Source of the DNA: a virus
Taxonomy: Duplodnaviria > Caudoviricetes
Direction: 5' to 3' (one strand)
DNA: 64,000 nt
Virus record (IMG/VR): IMGVR_UViG_2740892367_000002
Location: 1 to 64,000 of that record
Shown: positions 1 through 8,584 of the stretch, piece by piece
Position numbering within the stretch: position 1 is the stretch's first letter
Layout of the letters: every line of letters starts with the position of its first letter
Translations under genes and position numbers: made by a program
Notes under the pieces: model-generated
Told to the model about the DNA's origin: nothing
The model's database searches: none
The model's input: the letters and a program-made list of their open reading frames with translations, nothing else

Positions 1-261
1 ATGGGATCAGAAGAGCCGTTCGGTGAGGTTTTCGAGGGCTGCCGGGTGATATGGGTAGTCGAGCAACTACAGGACGGGAAATGGACGGCGCGTTACTGCT
101 GGCACGCGGGGACTTCGGCCGAATCGGGCAGGGCGCTACAGAGAGATGTACTTAACGGCAAGTCGAAGCGACTACTGGCCTTGTGTCCGACCGAGGCAGA
201 GACAATCGCCGCCATCAAGGAAGCTGTGCTGCTGGAGGCAAGGTGGCAGGGAAGTCGATAA
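1..261 (+). CDS. Host hypothetical protein, possibly 5'-truncated by the window edge
   Basis: 86-aa ORF upstream of the tRNA, outside the att repeats; no recognisable motif. Confidence 0.45.
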   Translation: MGSEEPFGEVFEGCRVIWVVEQLQDGKWTARYCWHAGTSAESGRALQRDVLNGKSKRLLALCPTEAETIAAIKEAVLLEARWQGSR

Positions 262-301
262 AGCCATCTGGGAGCGTTGTCGAATTTTTTGTGCGTGATA
301 C

Positions 302-330
302 TAGCCACAGAATCAAAAGCCATGTATAGT
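302..330 (+). promoter_or_regulatory. Putative sigma70 promoter of tRNA-His
   Basis: TAGCCA-17 bp-TATAGT about 45 bp upstream of the tRNA. Confidence 0.45.
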
Positions 331-375
331 CTTGTTCTTCGCTGAGCGGCAACGTCGGCAGCGAAGAATCTCTAC

Positions 376-452
376 GGTGGCTGTAGCTCAGTTGGTAGAG
401 TCCAGGATTGTGATTCCTGTCGTCGTGGGTTCGAGTCCCATCAGCCACCCCA
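376..452 (+). tRNA. tRNA-His (GTG), intact; integration target
   Basis: GGTGGCTG/CAGCCAC acceptor stem with G-1, anticodon arm CAGGA-TTGTGAT-TCCTG, GGTTCGAGTCC T-arm, encoded CCA. Confidence 0.97.
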
Positions 453-453
453 A
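405..453 (+). repeat. att core copy 1 (49 bp, 3' half of tRNA-His)
   Basis: GGATTGTGATTCCTGTCGTCGTGGGTTCGAGTCCCATCAGCCACCCCAA identical to 38171-38219. Confidence 0.96.
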
Positions 454-500
454 TAGAATCAATGCTTCGCAGGTTTGCAGTTACTGACTTGCGATGATTT

Positions 501-531
501 TTGGAAGATGAGTTTCCAAAATTGGAAGATG
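501..531. promoter_or_regulatory. Putative integrase arm-type sites, prophage 1 left arm
   Basis: TTGGAAGATG at 501-510 and 522-531; the motif recurs at 38070-38079 and inverted at 38120-38129. Confidence 0.6.
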
Positions 532-554
532 CCCGCCAGACTGAGCGGGCATTT
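529..554 (+). terminator. Hairpin terminator downstream of the tRNA, between tRNA and int
   Basis: ATGCCCGC-CAGACTGA-GCGGGCAT followed by TTT. Confidence 0.55.
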
Positions 555-560
555 TGCATT

Positions 561-1658
561 TCAGCGTGTCGCTTTCACTTTGCGCTCGCGGCGACGGTCA
601 TACACCTTAGCGACCATCTTGCCATCAGTGTGACCCGTGGCGTCGATGATCTTGGTATCTCCACCAGCCATTCGATCAGTGACCGCGCTGGGTCGCATAT
701 CTGCCAGGGCGAAGCGGCGGAAAGCGACTTCTTTCTTAGCGGCTTCCGCCTCGCAGTAGGTCATCAGGCGTGTCCAGATCGTCGTCCACCCGCTGCGGCT
801 GTACTGCTGCCCCGAAGTGTTTCCGAAGACATACATGCCGGCGGTGCGCTGCAAGGCCATCGCCTCATCAATCACCGCGCGCAGCTCGGGCGACCAGTGC
901 ACTAGCTTCCATCGCTGCGCCTGGCCTGCCTTCCGCTTTCCGATCGGCACCTGCAACCCTTCTGGCAGGATCCGCTGGCGCAGCAGTCCTCGCATCTCGT
1001 CCGGCCGGCTGACGGTCAGGAAGGCGGTATAGGCACACAGCGCCATGATCTGGTAGCTCCCGCCTCGCTGGCGCGCCACGTCACGCATCAGCGCAATCTC
1101 GGCGTCCGTCACGACTCGGTCCTTTGGCTTCGTCGGGTTGTACTTGATACCGCGGCACGGGTTCTCTTCCAGGTCTCCCTGGCGCCGACCGTACTCGAGC
1201 ACCGCGGAGAGCAGGGCGATTTCCTTGTTGGCCTTCGCCGGCGCACCCTTCTTGGCACGATCAGCCAGGTACCGGTAGATGTGGACCGGTTTGATGGCAG
1301 CTGGTCGCACCTTGCCGAAGACGGCGACGAGTCGCTTTGCCTCGTTCCTGTTCTCATCCAAAGTGCCTTGCGCCTTCCGCAACTCGCTATCCTTGGGCAG
1401 CGATTCCTGCCAGTCAAAGTAGCTTTCGAAAAGTGCTTCGGTGGTACCGGATCGGACCACGTTGCCATTCAGTTCGTTGGCGCGCCGGATTGCATCGTCC
1501 TTGATAGCAGCCACGGCTTCGGCATCGCGCGTCGGCGCCGACAGTCGGAATGCCCACTTCCCGTCGGCGAGCTTGTAGCCGAAGCTGGTGGTGCGATCGC
1601 CATAGCGCGCGTAAAGGCGGAAGGGCAGGCCATCGGGCCGCTTGCGTCGTCCGATCAT
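561..1658 (-). CDS. int: Tyrosine recombinase, prophage 1 integrase
   Basis: SRPDEM (catalytic R), DMRPSA, GHT and VYDRR motifs; adjacent to att. Confidence 0.92.
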   Translation of the reverse strand: MIGRRKRPDGLPFRLYARYGDRTTSFGYKLADGKWAFRLSAPTRDAEAVAAIKDDAIRRANELNGNVVRSGTTEALFESYFDWQESLPKDSELRKAQGTLDENRNEAKRLVAVFGKVRPAAIKPVHIYRYLADRAKKGAPAKANKEIALLSAVLEYGRRQGDLEENPCRGIKYNPTKPKDRVVTDAEIALMRDVARQRGGSYQIMALCAYTAFLTVSRPDEMRGLLRQRILPEGLQVPIGKRKAGQAQRWKLVHWSPELRAVIDEAMALQRTAGMYVFGNTSGQQYSRSGWTTIWTRLMTYCEAEAAKKEVAFRRFALADMRPSAVTDRMAGGDTKIIDATGHTDGKMVAKVYDRRRERKVKATR

Positions 1659-1660
1659 GA

Positions 1661-1891
1661 TCAGATTGCAGAGAAGTCGGGCTCTACCTCGGCGGCCGTT
1701 TCGCAGGCAACAGCCTGCGCCATGCCGCGCATACGCGCCTCGAAGTAGGATCGGTCAACCTGGGGGAATCCGCGCAGGTTGGGAATGAACGGTACACCAT
1801 TGCGTGCCAAGTGCCGGCGCATACAGGCATAGCTATTGCTGGCGCATCCGATCACATCTGCCAGTTCATCTGCGGTCAGGAACACTCCCAT
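1661..1891 (-). CDS. xis: Excisionase-like protein (DUF4224-type)
   Basis: MGVFLTADELADVIG...RGFPQVDRSY; directly upstream of int; homologous to 39520-39747. Confidence 0.75.
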   Translation of the reverse strand: MGVFLTADELADVIGCASNSYACMRRHLARNGVPFIPNLRGFPQVDRSYFEARMRGMAQAVACETAAEVEPDFSAI

Positions 1892-1953
1892 CTCGCTCTC
1901 CATTTCCCATAGTGCCGCTGTCACGGCGATGATTCGTTCTGCTGCTGCTTGCA

Positions 1954-2241
1954 TCAGGTCTTCTGTAGTGCCCGGATGGCGATTGCTAGGTTGTCGCACG
2001 CGCAACCGTATCCGCTGTCGAATGGATCATTGCCAGATTCCGAAGTAGTGCTCTCGCGCTCACAGAGTTTCGCCGCTTCCTCGACAGCCTGCTTGCGCGA
2101 GGCTTGCCATGCTTCCCACGCCACGTGCGTGAAATAGCTCTTGTAGTTATCGTATTCGCTCTTGAGGCGCGTAACGTCGTAGTAGTTCTCGCTGGCCCAT
2201 GCCTCGAACTCCGCGCGCATCTTCTCAAATTCCTCGTTCAC
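1954..2241 (-). CDS. Phage hypothetical protein
   Basis: GTG start overlapping the upstream stop; RAEFEAWA...AWEAWQASR motif typical of modular phage early proteins. Confidence 0.6.
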   Translation of the reverse strand: MNEEFEKMRAEFEAWASENYYDVTRLKSEYDNYKSYFTHVAWEAWQASRKQAVEEAAKLCERESTTSESGNDPFDSGYGCACDNLAIAIRALQKT

Positions 2242-2591
2242 GGTTTCTCTCCGGTGGCTGCAGCTAATAATTCGTCTACGACCAATCCTGTGTCGACGTA
2301 GTACCAATCCGAGTCTGTCAGGTTATTGATCAGAAAGCGCTCAAAGTCAGCGGCGCCCATCTGTTCTCGAATGCGTTTCCATTTTGCGTTTGGTCCGCGC
2401 CAAGTCGGCGTTTCACCAGCCATCTTCGCGGCTGCCAGGTTGTGATGACCATCGATGATCACGCGGTATGGTTTCCCGCGCAGCGTCACATCTGCCACAC
2501 GCACTATGAATACCTGAAAGCTGAAGGCTTTGACAGCGACCTTCTTCCGGTCCAAATGGCGTTGCGATGAAATCAACGGTGCGCCCCCCAT
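2238..2591 (-). CDS. ParB/Srx-like domain protein
   Basis: YRVIIDGHHNLAAA resembles the ParB/sulfiredoxin IIDGHHR motif. Confidence 0.65.
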   Translation of the reverse strand: MGGAPLISSQRHLDRKKVAVKAFSFQVFIVRVADVTLRGKPYRVIIDGHHNLAAAKMAGETPTWRGPNAKWKRIREQMGAADFERFLINNLTDSDWYYVDTGLVVDELLAAATGEKP

Positions 2592-2893
2592 CACCCCTCC
2601 CTCCGCCCGTCCAGCGAAGCGCGGGCTGCGTCGATGGCTTCGCGAATCGAACCGTTGCTCCATATAACGAGATTTCGCTTGCCGTTATCTGCGCGACGCA
2701 CAGTGCATCCGTTCGTTTGGAGCCAGTCCAGCCGCGCCGTGTCAGCCTCCCCGATGCCAGGCTGGCTGGCGCTTTCGAGGGCGCGGATGCGGGCCGCCAT
2801 GGCAAGGATCACCTCGGGGCGCGCTGCCAGCCGGCCGCCAGCTTCCTGACGTTGCTTTGCGATGCGCTCGATATGGTCGAGATCCAGTTCCAT
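2591..2893 (-). CDS. Hypothetical protein with ead/Ea22-like N-terminus
   Basis: MELDLDHIERIA start, DTARLDWL motif; tightly coupled to neighbours. Confidence 0.6.
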   Translation of the reverse strand: MELDLDHIERIAKQRQEAGGRLAARPEVILAMAARIRALESASQPGIGEADTARLDWLQTNGCTVRRADNGKRNLVIWSNGSIREAIDAARASLDGRREG

Positions 2894-2894
2894 T

Positions 2895-3737
2895 TCAGTC
2901 TCCGCAGAAGCACGCAATGGCTTCTTCGTCTTGGTCAAACATATCGGTCTGCTGGTCGGCAAACGCCGCCATCTGTGCATAGCTGGCACGGTCGTTACGG
3001 AAGCGAGCGCCGTCGCCATGTGCGACGCCTTCGGCCTTCTGCTCCTGCTCGGCCCACCAGACGGCGCGCTCCGGCTTTTCTTGGATCAGCGAAAGCACCT
3101 GCGCGGCCGGCTTCAGGAAGCACAGATCGCAGTTGCCGTGCATCGTCTTTCCTTTGATGTTTGGCAGAGCAAGATCGAACGGCTGAGCCTGCCAGAACTC
3201 GCCCACGTCGCGAGCCGATACAAAGGCATCCACTAGCGGCACGCGCACGTATTCGGCTTTCGTCTCCGGGTGTGGATTGAAGCGGAACTTGGCAGCCCGG
3301 CGCGGTTCATCCGCACGGATGCCGATCATGGTTTCCCAATCGGTCCAGCCCAGCGAGCGCAGGTAGCGATGCATCGTGCGCGTCTTCATCTCTGACGAGC
3401 AGTAGCGGGCGCGCAGATTCGGCAATACGCCGTTTCGCTGCTGGATGACCTGCTCGTATGGCTCGCCGGACCGGCTGGCAGTATCGAAGTCCACCACCTG
3501 GAAGGAGCCGCCCAGTCGATATTCCAGCCACGTCACCGGAACCTGCCAGTGCTCGGCGATGTCGCGCACAAACCGAAGCGTCGCCTCTTCTTCCTTGCCG
3601 GTATTGCAGAACAGCACCAGCGTGCCATCCGGCAGGCCGCCATTGCTTTGCAGCGCGCGATGCAGCAAGTAGGCGGATGTTCTGCCGCCGCTCAGGCTGA
3701 TGCACGTATTGCCGTCGATCTTGAACGGATCAAGCAT
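2895..3737 (-). CDS. PP-loop (PAPS reductase/adenine nucleotide alpha hydrolase-like) protein
   Basis: ISLSGGRTSAY PP-loop, FCNTGKE, RYCSSEMK, GIRADEPRR, GNCDLCFLK, C-terminal CFCGD. Confidence 0.8.
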   Translation of the reverse strand: MLDPFKIDGNTCISLSGGRTSAYLLHRALQSNGGLPDGTLVLFCNTGKEEEATLRFVRDIAEHWQVPVTWLEYRLGGSFQVVDFDTASRSGEPYEQVIQQRNGVLPNLRARYCSSEMKTRTMHRYLRSLGWTDWETMIGIRADEPRRAAKFRFNPHPETKAEYVRVPLVDAFVSARDVGEFWQAQPFDLALPNIKGKTMHGNCDLCFLKPAAQVLSLIQEKPERAVWWAEQEQKAEGVAHGDGARFRNDRASYAQMAAFADQQTDMFDQDEEAIACFCGD

Positions 3738-4827
3738 CTTCCGCCCCCGCATCGGCCTGCACCGGCTGGGACGCGCGGGCTTGCCATGCTATCCATGCGC
3801 CCTGTACCCAATTTTCTCGATATAGCCGATCGCCGTCTGGGTCTGTGTAAGTCTCGCGCGACCAGTACGGTTGCAGCCACGCTTCGAACGCCTCGCGCTC
3901 ATCCTGTGAGGGTTGCACCTGCCGGGCGGCGCGCAGCAACCGAATTACCTCCATGATCGCGGCGGCGCTGTCCCCGTTGTCTACGCGGGCATCGCCATAG
4001 CGTTGGACCGCACAGATGATTTCGTCTGGAACATTCGGAGCCTCGTGCTCATTCGGCAGCGCCGATGCGGCTGAGTATTGCGGCAACCCCACGGCTCGCA
4101 GCCATGAATTCACGCACTCGATGGTGTGTTTCTGACGCTCGGTCACGACAGCTGAAGCGTCGTCATTGACCGGCGCCCAATCTCCACGCTCGATTGCGCA
4201 TTCATCGCAGCGGCACTCAGGCGTCGAGCAATCGCGGACGACAGCCGGCGCCGCGCCCATTTCCCCAGGCTGGCGAGGGGCGGCGAGGAGGGACCGCAGG
4301 CCACGCAGAATGCTGATGTTTGGCTCTACCTCCGGCTCGCACCGGTAGTCAGCAATGCAGCAACTGATTGCTTGGTATTGTTCATCCGTCAGCCCATCCC
4401 CCGCCTGTTGCGGGGCGCTCGGGGCGGATTGGGCGACGATAGCGCGCACGCAATTGAAGAAGTCCTCTTCGCAGTCGAATTCCCTGATGGAATACACACC
4501 GGGAAAGACGAATCTGCAATAGTCGACGGCAACTTCGCGGATCTGTTCATCCGTCAGCGCTCCACCTTGCGGCTGCGGGGCGGCACGACGATTCCAGTCG
4601 CGTTCGATCTTCTCCGCGAGCCAATCGAACCCGTAGTGAATTGCTGCATGCGTCAATTCAACTCGGCAGTCCTTGCACTTCACTGTGATCTTGCGGCTCT
4701 TTGTGTAGGCATTACCCTGCGGGCGCAGCGTCGCTTCACCGCCGCAAAACGGGCACGGCATCAGACTATTCCCCGCATCTCCTGCGGTGATTGGCGAGCT
4801 ATTCGCCGCATTGGTGGTGTCGGTCAT
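3730..4827 (-). CDS. Lar-family Zn-finger fused to modular variable segments
   Basis: LMPCPFCGGEA...CKDC...WNRRA Lar signature, then short domains separated by A/P/Q-rich linkers. Confidence 0.75.
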   Translation of the reverse strand: MTDTTNAANSSPITAGDAGNSLMPCPFCGGEATLRPQGNAYTKSRKITVKCKDCRVELTHAAIHYGFDWLAEKIERDWNRRAAPQPQGGALTDEQIREVAVDYCRFVFPGVYSIREFDCEEDFFNCVRAIVAQSAPSAPQQAGDGLTDEQYQAISCCIADYRCEPEVEPNISILRGLRSLLAAPRQPGEMGAAPAVVRDCSTPECRCDECAIERGDWAPVNDDASAVVTERQKHTIECVNSWLRAVGLPQYSAASALPNEHEAPNVPDEIICAVQRYGDARVDNGDSAAAIMEVIRLLRAARQVQPSQDEREAFEAWLQPYWSRETYTDPDGDRLYRENWVQGAWIAWQARASQPVQADAGAEDA

Positions 4828-5237
4828 GCTTCCTCCGCAAACAGTTTGCTGAACCACTCGTCAGATTCAGCTTCGATCCGGTGCACGCGCCCCGGCAGAT
4901 CGTGATTCATCGGGTGACGGATGCCCCAGGTGCGCAACAGCGCATCGAAGGCAGCCTTCGGCGGAACAGGGCGCAGGTTCTGGCTCAACGATCCGCGACG
5001 GATGCGATTGCGCATCTGGAGTACTGCACTCTGGTCGGCGATGCTGTAGTACAGTCGGCGCTTGCCAGGCTCTGTCTTGCATACGCGAGTGGTCAGTGCA
5101 TCGCCCAAATCCTTGAGAATCTTCGTGACCGTCGTGTCGGCGCAGCGGATCTCACGGGAGAACGGGCCGGCGCAGATCTCGCGGCCAGACAGCAGCGCGT
5201 CGATAACCTTGATGCGCGTCGTGGTCTTATGCTTCAC
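4824..5237 (-). CDS. Phage hypothetical protein (possible winged helix)
   Basis: 137-aa ORF with 4-nt overlaps to neighbours. Confidence 0.55.
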   Translation of the reverse strand: MKHKTTTRIKVIDALLSGREICAGPFSREIRCADTTVTKILKDLGDALTTRVCKTEPGKRRLYYSIADQSAVLQMRNRIRRGSLSQNLRPVPPKAAFDALLRTWGIRHPMNHDLPGRVHRIEAESDEWFSKLFAEEA

Positions 5238-5407
5238 GCTGATCTCCGGCTCATCTTGTCCGAGCGGGCGCGGCGCACCTGGTTCTCGAGTTCCGACACC
5301 TGGTGTTCGAGTTCACGGATGCGGGCGGCAGCATCCTTGCGGAGCTGGCGCGAGTCGCAGTCTTCACAATAGGCGTTATGGGATTCGAGGCGGTCGATGA
5401 TGTCCAT
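5234..5407 (-). CDS. Small coiled-coil protein (not in ORF track)
   Basis: Read manually: MDIIDRLESHNAYCEDC...AARIRELEHQVSELENQ; stop overlaps next GTG. Confidence 0.6.
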   Translation of the reverse strand: MDIIDRLESHNAYCEDCDSRQLRKDAAARIRELEHQVSELENQVRRARSDKMSRRSA

Positions 5408-5427
5408 GGCAGTGCTCGATATGGGGT

Positions 5428-5500
5428 GGGGTACTCGCTGCGCCCTCCGGCTGTGCTGCGTCGCGTGCGACGGCCTCGACCGGGGTATCCGCTTTCCCCC
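5428..5500 (-). ncRNA. Candidate structured cis-RNA with loop-E motif
   Basis: Minus-strand GGG-GAA...AGUA-CCC closing, CCGG/CCGG helix and CGUCGC/GCGACG hairpin in an intergenic gap. Confidence 0.45.
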
Positions 5501-5505
5501 GTTGA

Positions 5506-6054
5506 TCAGTCTTCCTCGGCCGTGACCGGCTCCGGCTTCGGGTCGTCACCGAACAGCTCGCCCACCGTCTGCGGCGGCGGGGCAGTCAGCGTGATCGTGA
5601 TGTCCTGCTGAATGCGGTGGGTCAGAATGCCGCCGTCATGCTCGTCCGGATGCGCCACGACGCGGAACTTGAACAGCACCGTGCCGCCTTCCTGCGGGGA
5701 GATACGCACGTCCTTCACGGTGCAGTCGTCGAGCTGGATATTGCTGTCGCCACCAAGCCCGTAATCGATCTCGAGCGTGTAGCCCTTGCCCTCCCAGCCC
5801 CAGGCGAACGGCTGCATCTTCTGGAAGCGGCGCGCGGTCAGTGCATTGCGATCGGGCTCGACCAAATCCGCCTGGTCTTCGGCCTCCTTGTACAGCGCCT
5901 CACGCAGGCCATGCTGCAGCGAATCGAGCGCGGTGGCAGGCATTGCAGCCTCGAGCATCATATCGGCGGCCGGCATAGCCTGCTTGCCGTGCTTCTCGGC
6001 GCGCGGGTTGTAGTTCGTCAGCTTGACGGGTTGAGCGGTGGTGATCTCAAACAT
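5506..6054 (-). CDS. Phage hypothetical protein
   Basis: 182-aa ORF with GGAG RBS and host-like codon usage. Confidence 0.7.
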   Translation of the reverse strand: MFEITTAQPVKLTNYNPRAEKHGKQAMPAADMMLEAAMPATALDSLQHGLREALYKEAEDQADLVEPDRNALTARRFQKMQPFAWGWEGKGYTLEIDYGLGGDSNIQLDDCTVKDVRISPQEGGTVLFKFRVVAHPDEHDGGILTHRIQQDITITLTAPPPQTVGELFGDDPKPEPVTAEED

Positions 6055-6124
6055 CGTGGCTATCTCCGATGGTCAGGAATAAAAGAGCCCGGCGGACGTG
6101 GGACATCAGTTCCGGGCAAGGGGG

Positions 6125-6748
6125 TTATGCAGACTTGCGTTCCAGTTCGGCCACCATCAGTTGCAGCTCAGCTTCGAACTTGAGCAGCGCTTCCTTCAGG
6201 TGGGCGATGTATCCCTCGTCGCGGTCGATGCGCTGGTGATAGAGGCGCAGGCGCTCGCAGACGCGCGGGTCGTAGCTGTTGAACGACCACCAATTGCGGC
6301 CGGTCACGAACATGCAGCCTTGAACCTGCGGCATGTGTTCCTTCGGCATACCTTCCAGCCAGGTCTGGATGTGCACGGCTTCGTCCATCGGGCACTTGGA
6401 TTCGTAGCCGCCGGCCTTGCCGATCAGACCATCAGCGCTGCAGCCAATGAATGGATATCCCGGATGCACCATGAATTCGGCCGGCTCGACGATCAGTCCG
6501 GTTTCGAGTTCGAACGCCTCACGGGCGTATTGCTCGACCTCGGTGCCCCACGTCAAGGCCTTTCCGAACACCTCATGCATGGGCTCGCCGGACAAGCGTT
6601 CGAAAGCCAGTTCGCGCATGTATTTGTCGCGCGCGGCGGTTGGCTTGCCATCGCGCTTGACGGCCAGCACGTCAGCGAAGCGGCTGGCAGTGATCTTGCC
6701 GGCCCGCGCGCGGCGCCAGGCCTCGGTGCGTTGGAGCGGTTCACTCAT
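6125..6748 (-). CDS. YqaJ/lambda-exonuclease family nuclease
   Basis: QRTEAWRRARAGKITAS, CSADGL, ESKCP, PQVQG motifs. Confidence 0.88.
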   Translation of the reverse strand: MSEPLQRTEAWRRARAGKITASRFADVLAVKRDGKPTAARDKYMRELAFERLSGEPMHEVFGKALTWGTEVEQYAREAFELETGLIVEPAEFMVHPGYPFIGCSADGLIGKAGGYESKCPMDEAVHIQTWLEGMPKEHMPQVQGCMFVTGRNWWSFNSYDPRVCERLRLYHQRIDRDEGYIAHLKEALLKFEAELQLMVAELERKSA

Positions 6749-7628
6749 GATCGGCTCCATCGGTTGCCGGCGGCTGTTCCTCGCCAGTCATGGCCTTCAG
6801 GCGCTTCAGTTCTTCCTGCCCGATAGCGCGGCGGTCTTCCTTGGTCAGCCGGCCCCAAGCATCGGCAAGCGGCTCTGCGCCACCCTCGCGGGCAACCAGT
6901 TCCAGATCGGCGATCAAGTTCTCCAGGCGCGTATCGCGCTCGGCGGGCTGGGGCAGCGAGGCCGCTCCGATCTCAGCGGGAGACATGCGCGGCGCACTGT
7001 TCTGGATCAACGGTCCTGCGTCCTGCAGTTCGTCTGGGGTGTAGACACCCAAGATCACGTCAGGAGCGTGCAGGCGGGCCCAGCGCTTCGCTGCCAGATA
7101 GGCAAGCTGTTGCCGCGGATCAGACACCCAATTCGGCGAGTTGCGGTTATCGCCAACCTGCGACATTGCAACTTGCAGCACACGCGGCTCTGCTTCACCC
7201 TTCAACGTTGCCCATACGCAGCACCAGTGATCCTGGCTCTTGTCGGTCTTGCCATTAATGCCTTGCCAGTTCTCAGACCACTGGAAGTTCAGGCGGGTAG
7301 CAAGTGCTGGCGACGAGTTCAGGACGGCGATGACAAGCTGCGCTTCATAGCCCAACGTTCCGTTCACGAGATGGGTCTTCTGCGCAACAGCAAATGGATT
7401 CATGCCCCATTGCATAGCCTGCAGGCTGACGGCGAAGCAATCGCCTTGGCTATTCTGCAGATGCTTCGGAATCGTGGTGCGACCGCTTGCCATCAGGTCG
7501 GCGATACGGACCACGCTACGCATGGCTTCGTCGCTGAGCACCAGAGAGGCGGAACTGAAACCGGCTGCTGCGGGCGGCAGTGTTTCAATGTCGGTGATTT
7601 CGTTATCTACTACGGTCAGTTCGGTCAT
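6741..7628 (-). CDS. recT: RecT-family ssDNA annealing protein
   Basis: QAMQWGMNPFAVAQKTHLVNGTLGYEAQL and PDVILGVYTPDEL motifs. Confidence 0.85.
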   Translation of the reverse strand: MTELTVVDNEITDIETLPPAAAGFSSASLVLSDEAMRSVVRIADLMASGRTTIPKHLQNSQGDCFAVSLQAMQWGMNPFAVAQKTHLVNGTLGYEAQLVIAVLNSSPALATRLNFQWSENWQGINGKTDKSQDHWCCVWATLKGEAEPRVLQVAMSQVGDNRNSPNWVSDPRQQLAYLAAKRWARLHAPDVILGVYTPDELQDAGPLIQNSAPRMSPAEIGAASLPQPAERDTRLENLIADLELVAREGGAEPLADAWGRLTKEDRRAIGQEELKRLKAMTGEEQPPATDGADHE

Positions 7629-7635
7629 GGTGTGC

Positions 7636-8058
7636 TCACGCGTGCGTCCAGCGCTTGGAAGAAAGGATGTGGCTGATTTCGGATTGCGATACGCCGAAGC
7701 GCTTGGCCAGCTGATATTGATTGGCATCCTTGCTGCGTGGCACGTAGAGCTGACGGATCTCGATGATTTGCGCCTCGGTGAGCTTCGCATTGCCTACCAT
7801 CTCGCCGCGCACACGCCGGCCGCGCGCCGTCATGTCGTCCATGTTCTGGCGCTGAGTACCAGGTTCCAGGTGCTCAACGTTGATGCAGCGCGGGTTATCG
7901 CACTTGTGTCGGATCACGATGCCTTTCAGCGCATCCGGATGGCGGAACTCGTTCAGCGCATAGGCAAGGCGGTGCGCAAGGAACTGGCGGCCCATGAACT
8001 GGGTATAGCCATAGCCGTTGCGCCTCGTGGCACCTTGGAATTCAATGCAGTTGTTCAT
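7636..8058 (-). CDS. HNH endonuclease with C-terminal HTH
   Basis: AHRLAY...RHKCDNPRCINVEHLEPGTQRQNMDD. Confidence 0.85.
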   Translation of the reverse strand: MNNCIEFQGATRRNGYGYTQFMGRQFLAHRLAYALNEFRHPDALKGIVIRHKCDNPRCINVEHLEPGTQRQNMDDMTARGRRVRGEMVGNAKLTEAQIIEIRQLYVPRSKDANQYQLAKRFGVSQSEISHILSSKRWTHA

Positions 8059-8097
8059 GGTTCTCTCCTGCGCGAGACTCGGCCGCGCGTTGGTGGG

Positions 8098-8265
8098 TCA
8101 ATGCAGCTTGTTGGTCAGCGCCGGCACGTAGTGGCCGTTGTACTTCGTCGAGCCCAGCCACTTTTCGCCGAGCTCGCGGATCTGCTTCAGGCGGCGCGAC
8201 TCGAGCACCGCCAGCTTGATTTCTTCGTCGCTCAGGTCCGTGCGGACGTGGCGCAGGTCGGTCAT
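8098..8265 (-). CDS. Small hypothetical protein (not in ORF track)
   Basis: Read manually: MTDLRHVRTDLSDEEIKLAVLESRRLKQIRELGEKWL. Confidence 0.5.
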   Translation of the reverse strand: MTDLRHVRTDLSDEEIKLAVLESRRLKQIRELGEKWLGSTKYNGHYVPALTNKLH

Positions 8266-8273
8266 TTTCGGGA

Positions 8274-8399
8274 TCACAGTTGCCTCGCAATGTCGAGAAT
8301 CACCACCGCGGCAACGAAACCGATGCCGGCCAGCGTGGCGAGAAGGAGCCGGCGGTTGTTGCGCGCGCGGCGGATGATGGGGTCGTCAAGATCGATCAC
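8274..8399 (-). CDS. Small membrane protein (not in ORF track)
   Basis: 41 aa with hydrophobic LLLATLAGIGFVAAVVILDI segment; GTG start overlaps upstream stop. Confidence 0.5.
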   Translation of the reverse strand: MIDLDDPIIRRARNNRRLLLATLAGIGFVAAVVILDIARQL

Positions 8400-8584
8400 G
8401 ATTGGGCTCCAATCAGGTATCGGCCGATTGGCTTGCGCACGATGGCGGTGATCTCAGGCACAACACCAATCGCCTCGAAGATGCAGTCGATCGCCTGCTC
8501 TTGCGCATCTTCGCGGCCAGCGGCGACGACGTTCACCGTCGAGCCGTTGCTGAAATGCACGTCGTATTCGCGGGCGTCAGTCAC
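8396..8584 (-). CDS. Phage hypothetical protein
   Basis: 62 aa, GGAGG RBS, overlapping start/stop. Confidence 0.6.
   Translation of the reverse strand: MTDAREYDVHFSNGSTVNVVAAGREDAQEQAIDCIFEAIGVVPEITAIVRKPIGRYLIGAQS

Noticed and set aside
2895-3737. Auxiliary sulfur-metabolism gene cysH
   Set aside because: Only the PP-loop fold is shared; no ECGLH C-terminal motif or cys gene context (the same applies to 42668-43549)
6078-6120. Hammerhead ribozyme (CTGATG on the minus strand inside a GCCCGG/CCGGGC stem)
   Set aside because: No CUGANGA/GAAA core; better read as a weak terminator or processing hairpin
6417-8451. Long + strand ORFs (419 aa, 349 aa) and similar antisense ORFs elsewhere (18748-20106, 38379-39674, 45701-46780)
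   Set aside because: Shadow frames of well-supported genes in GC-rich DNA; no motifs or RBS
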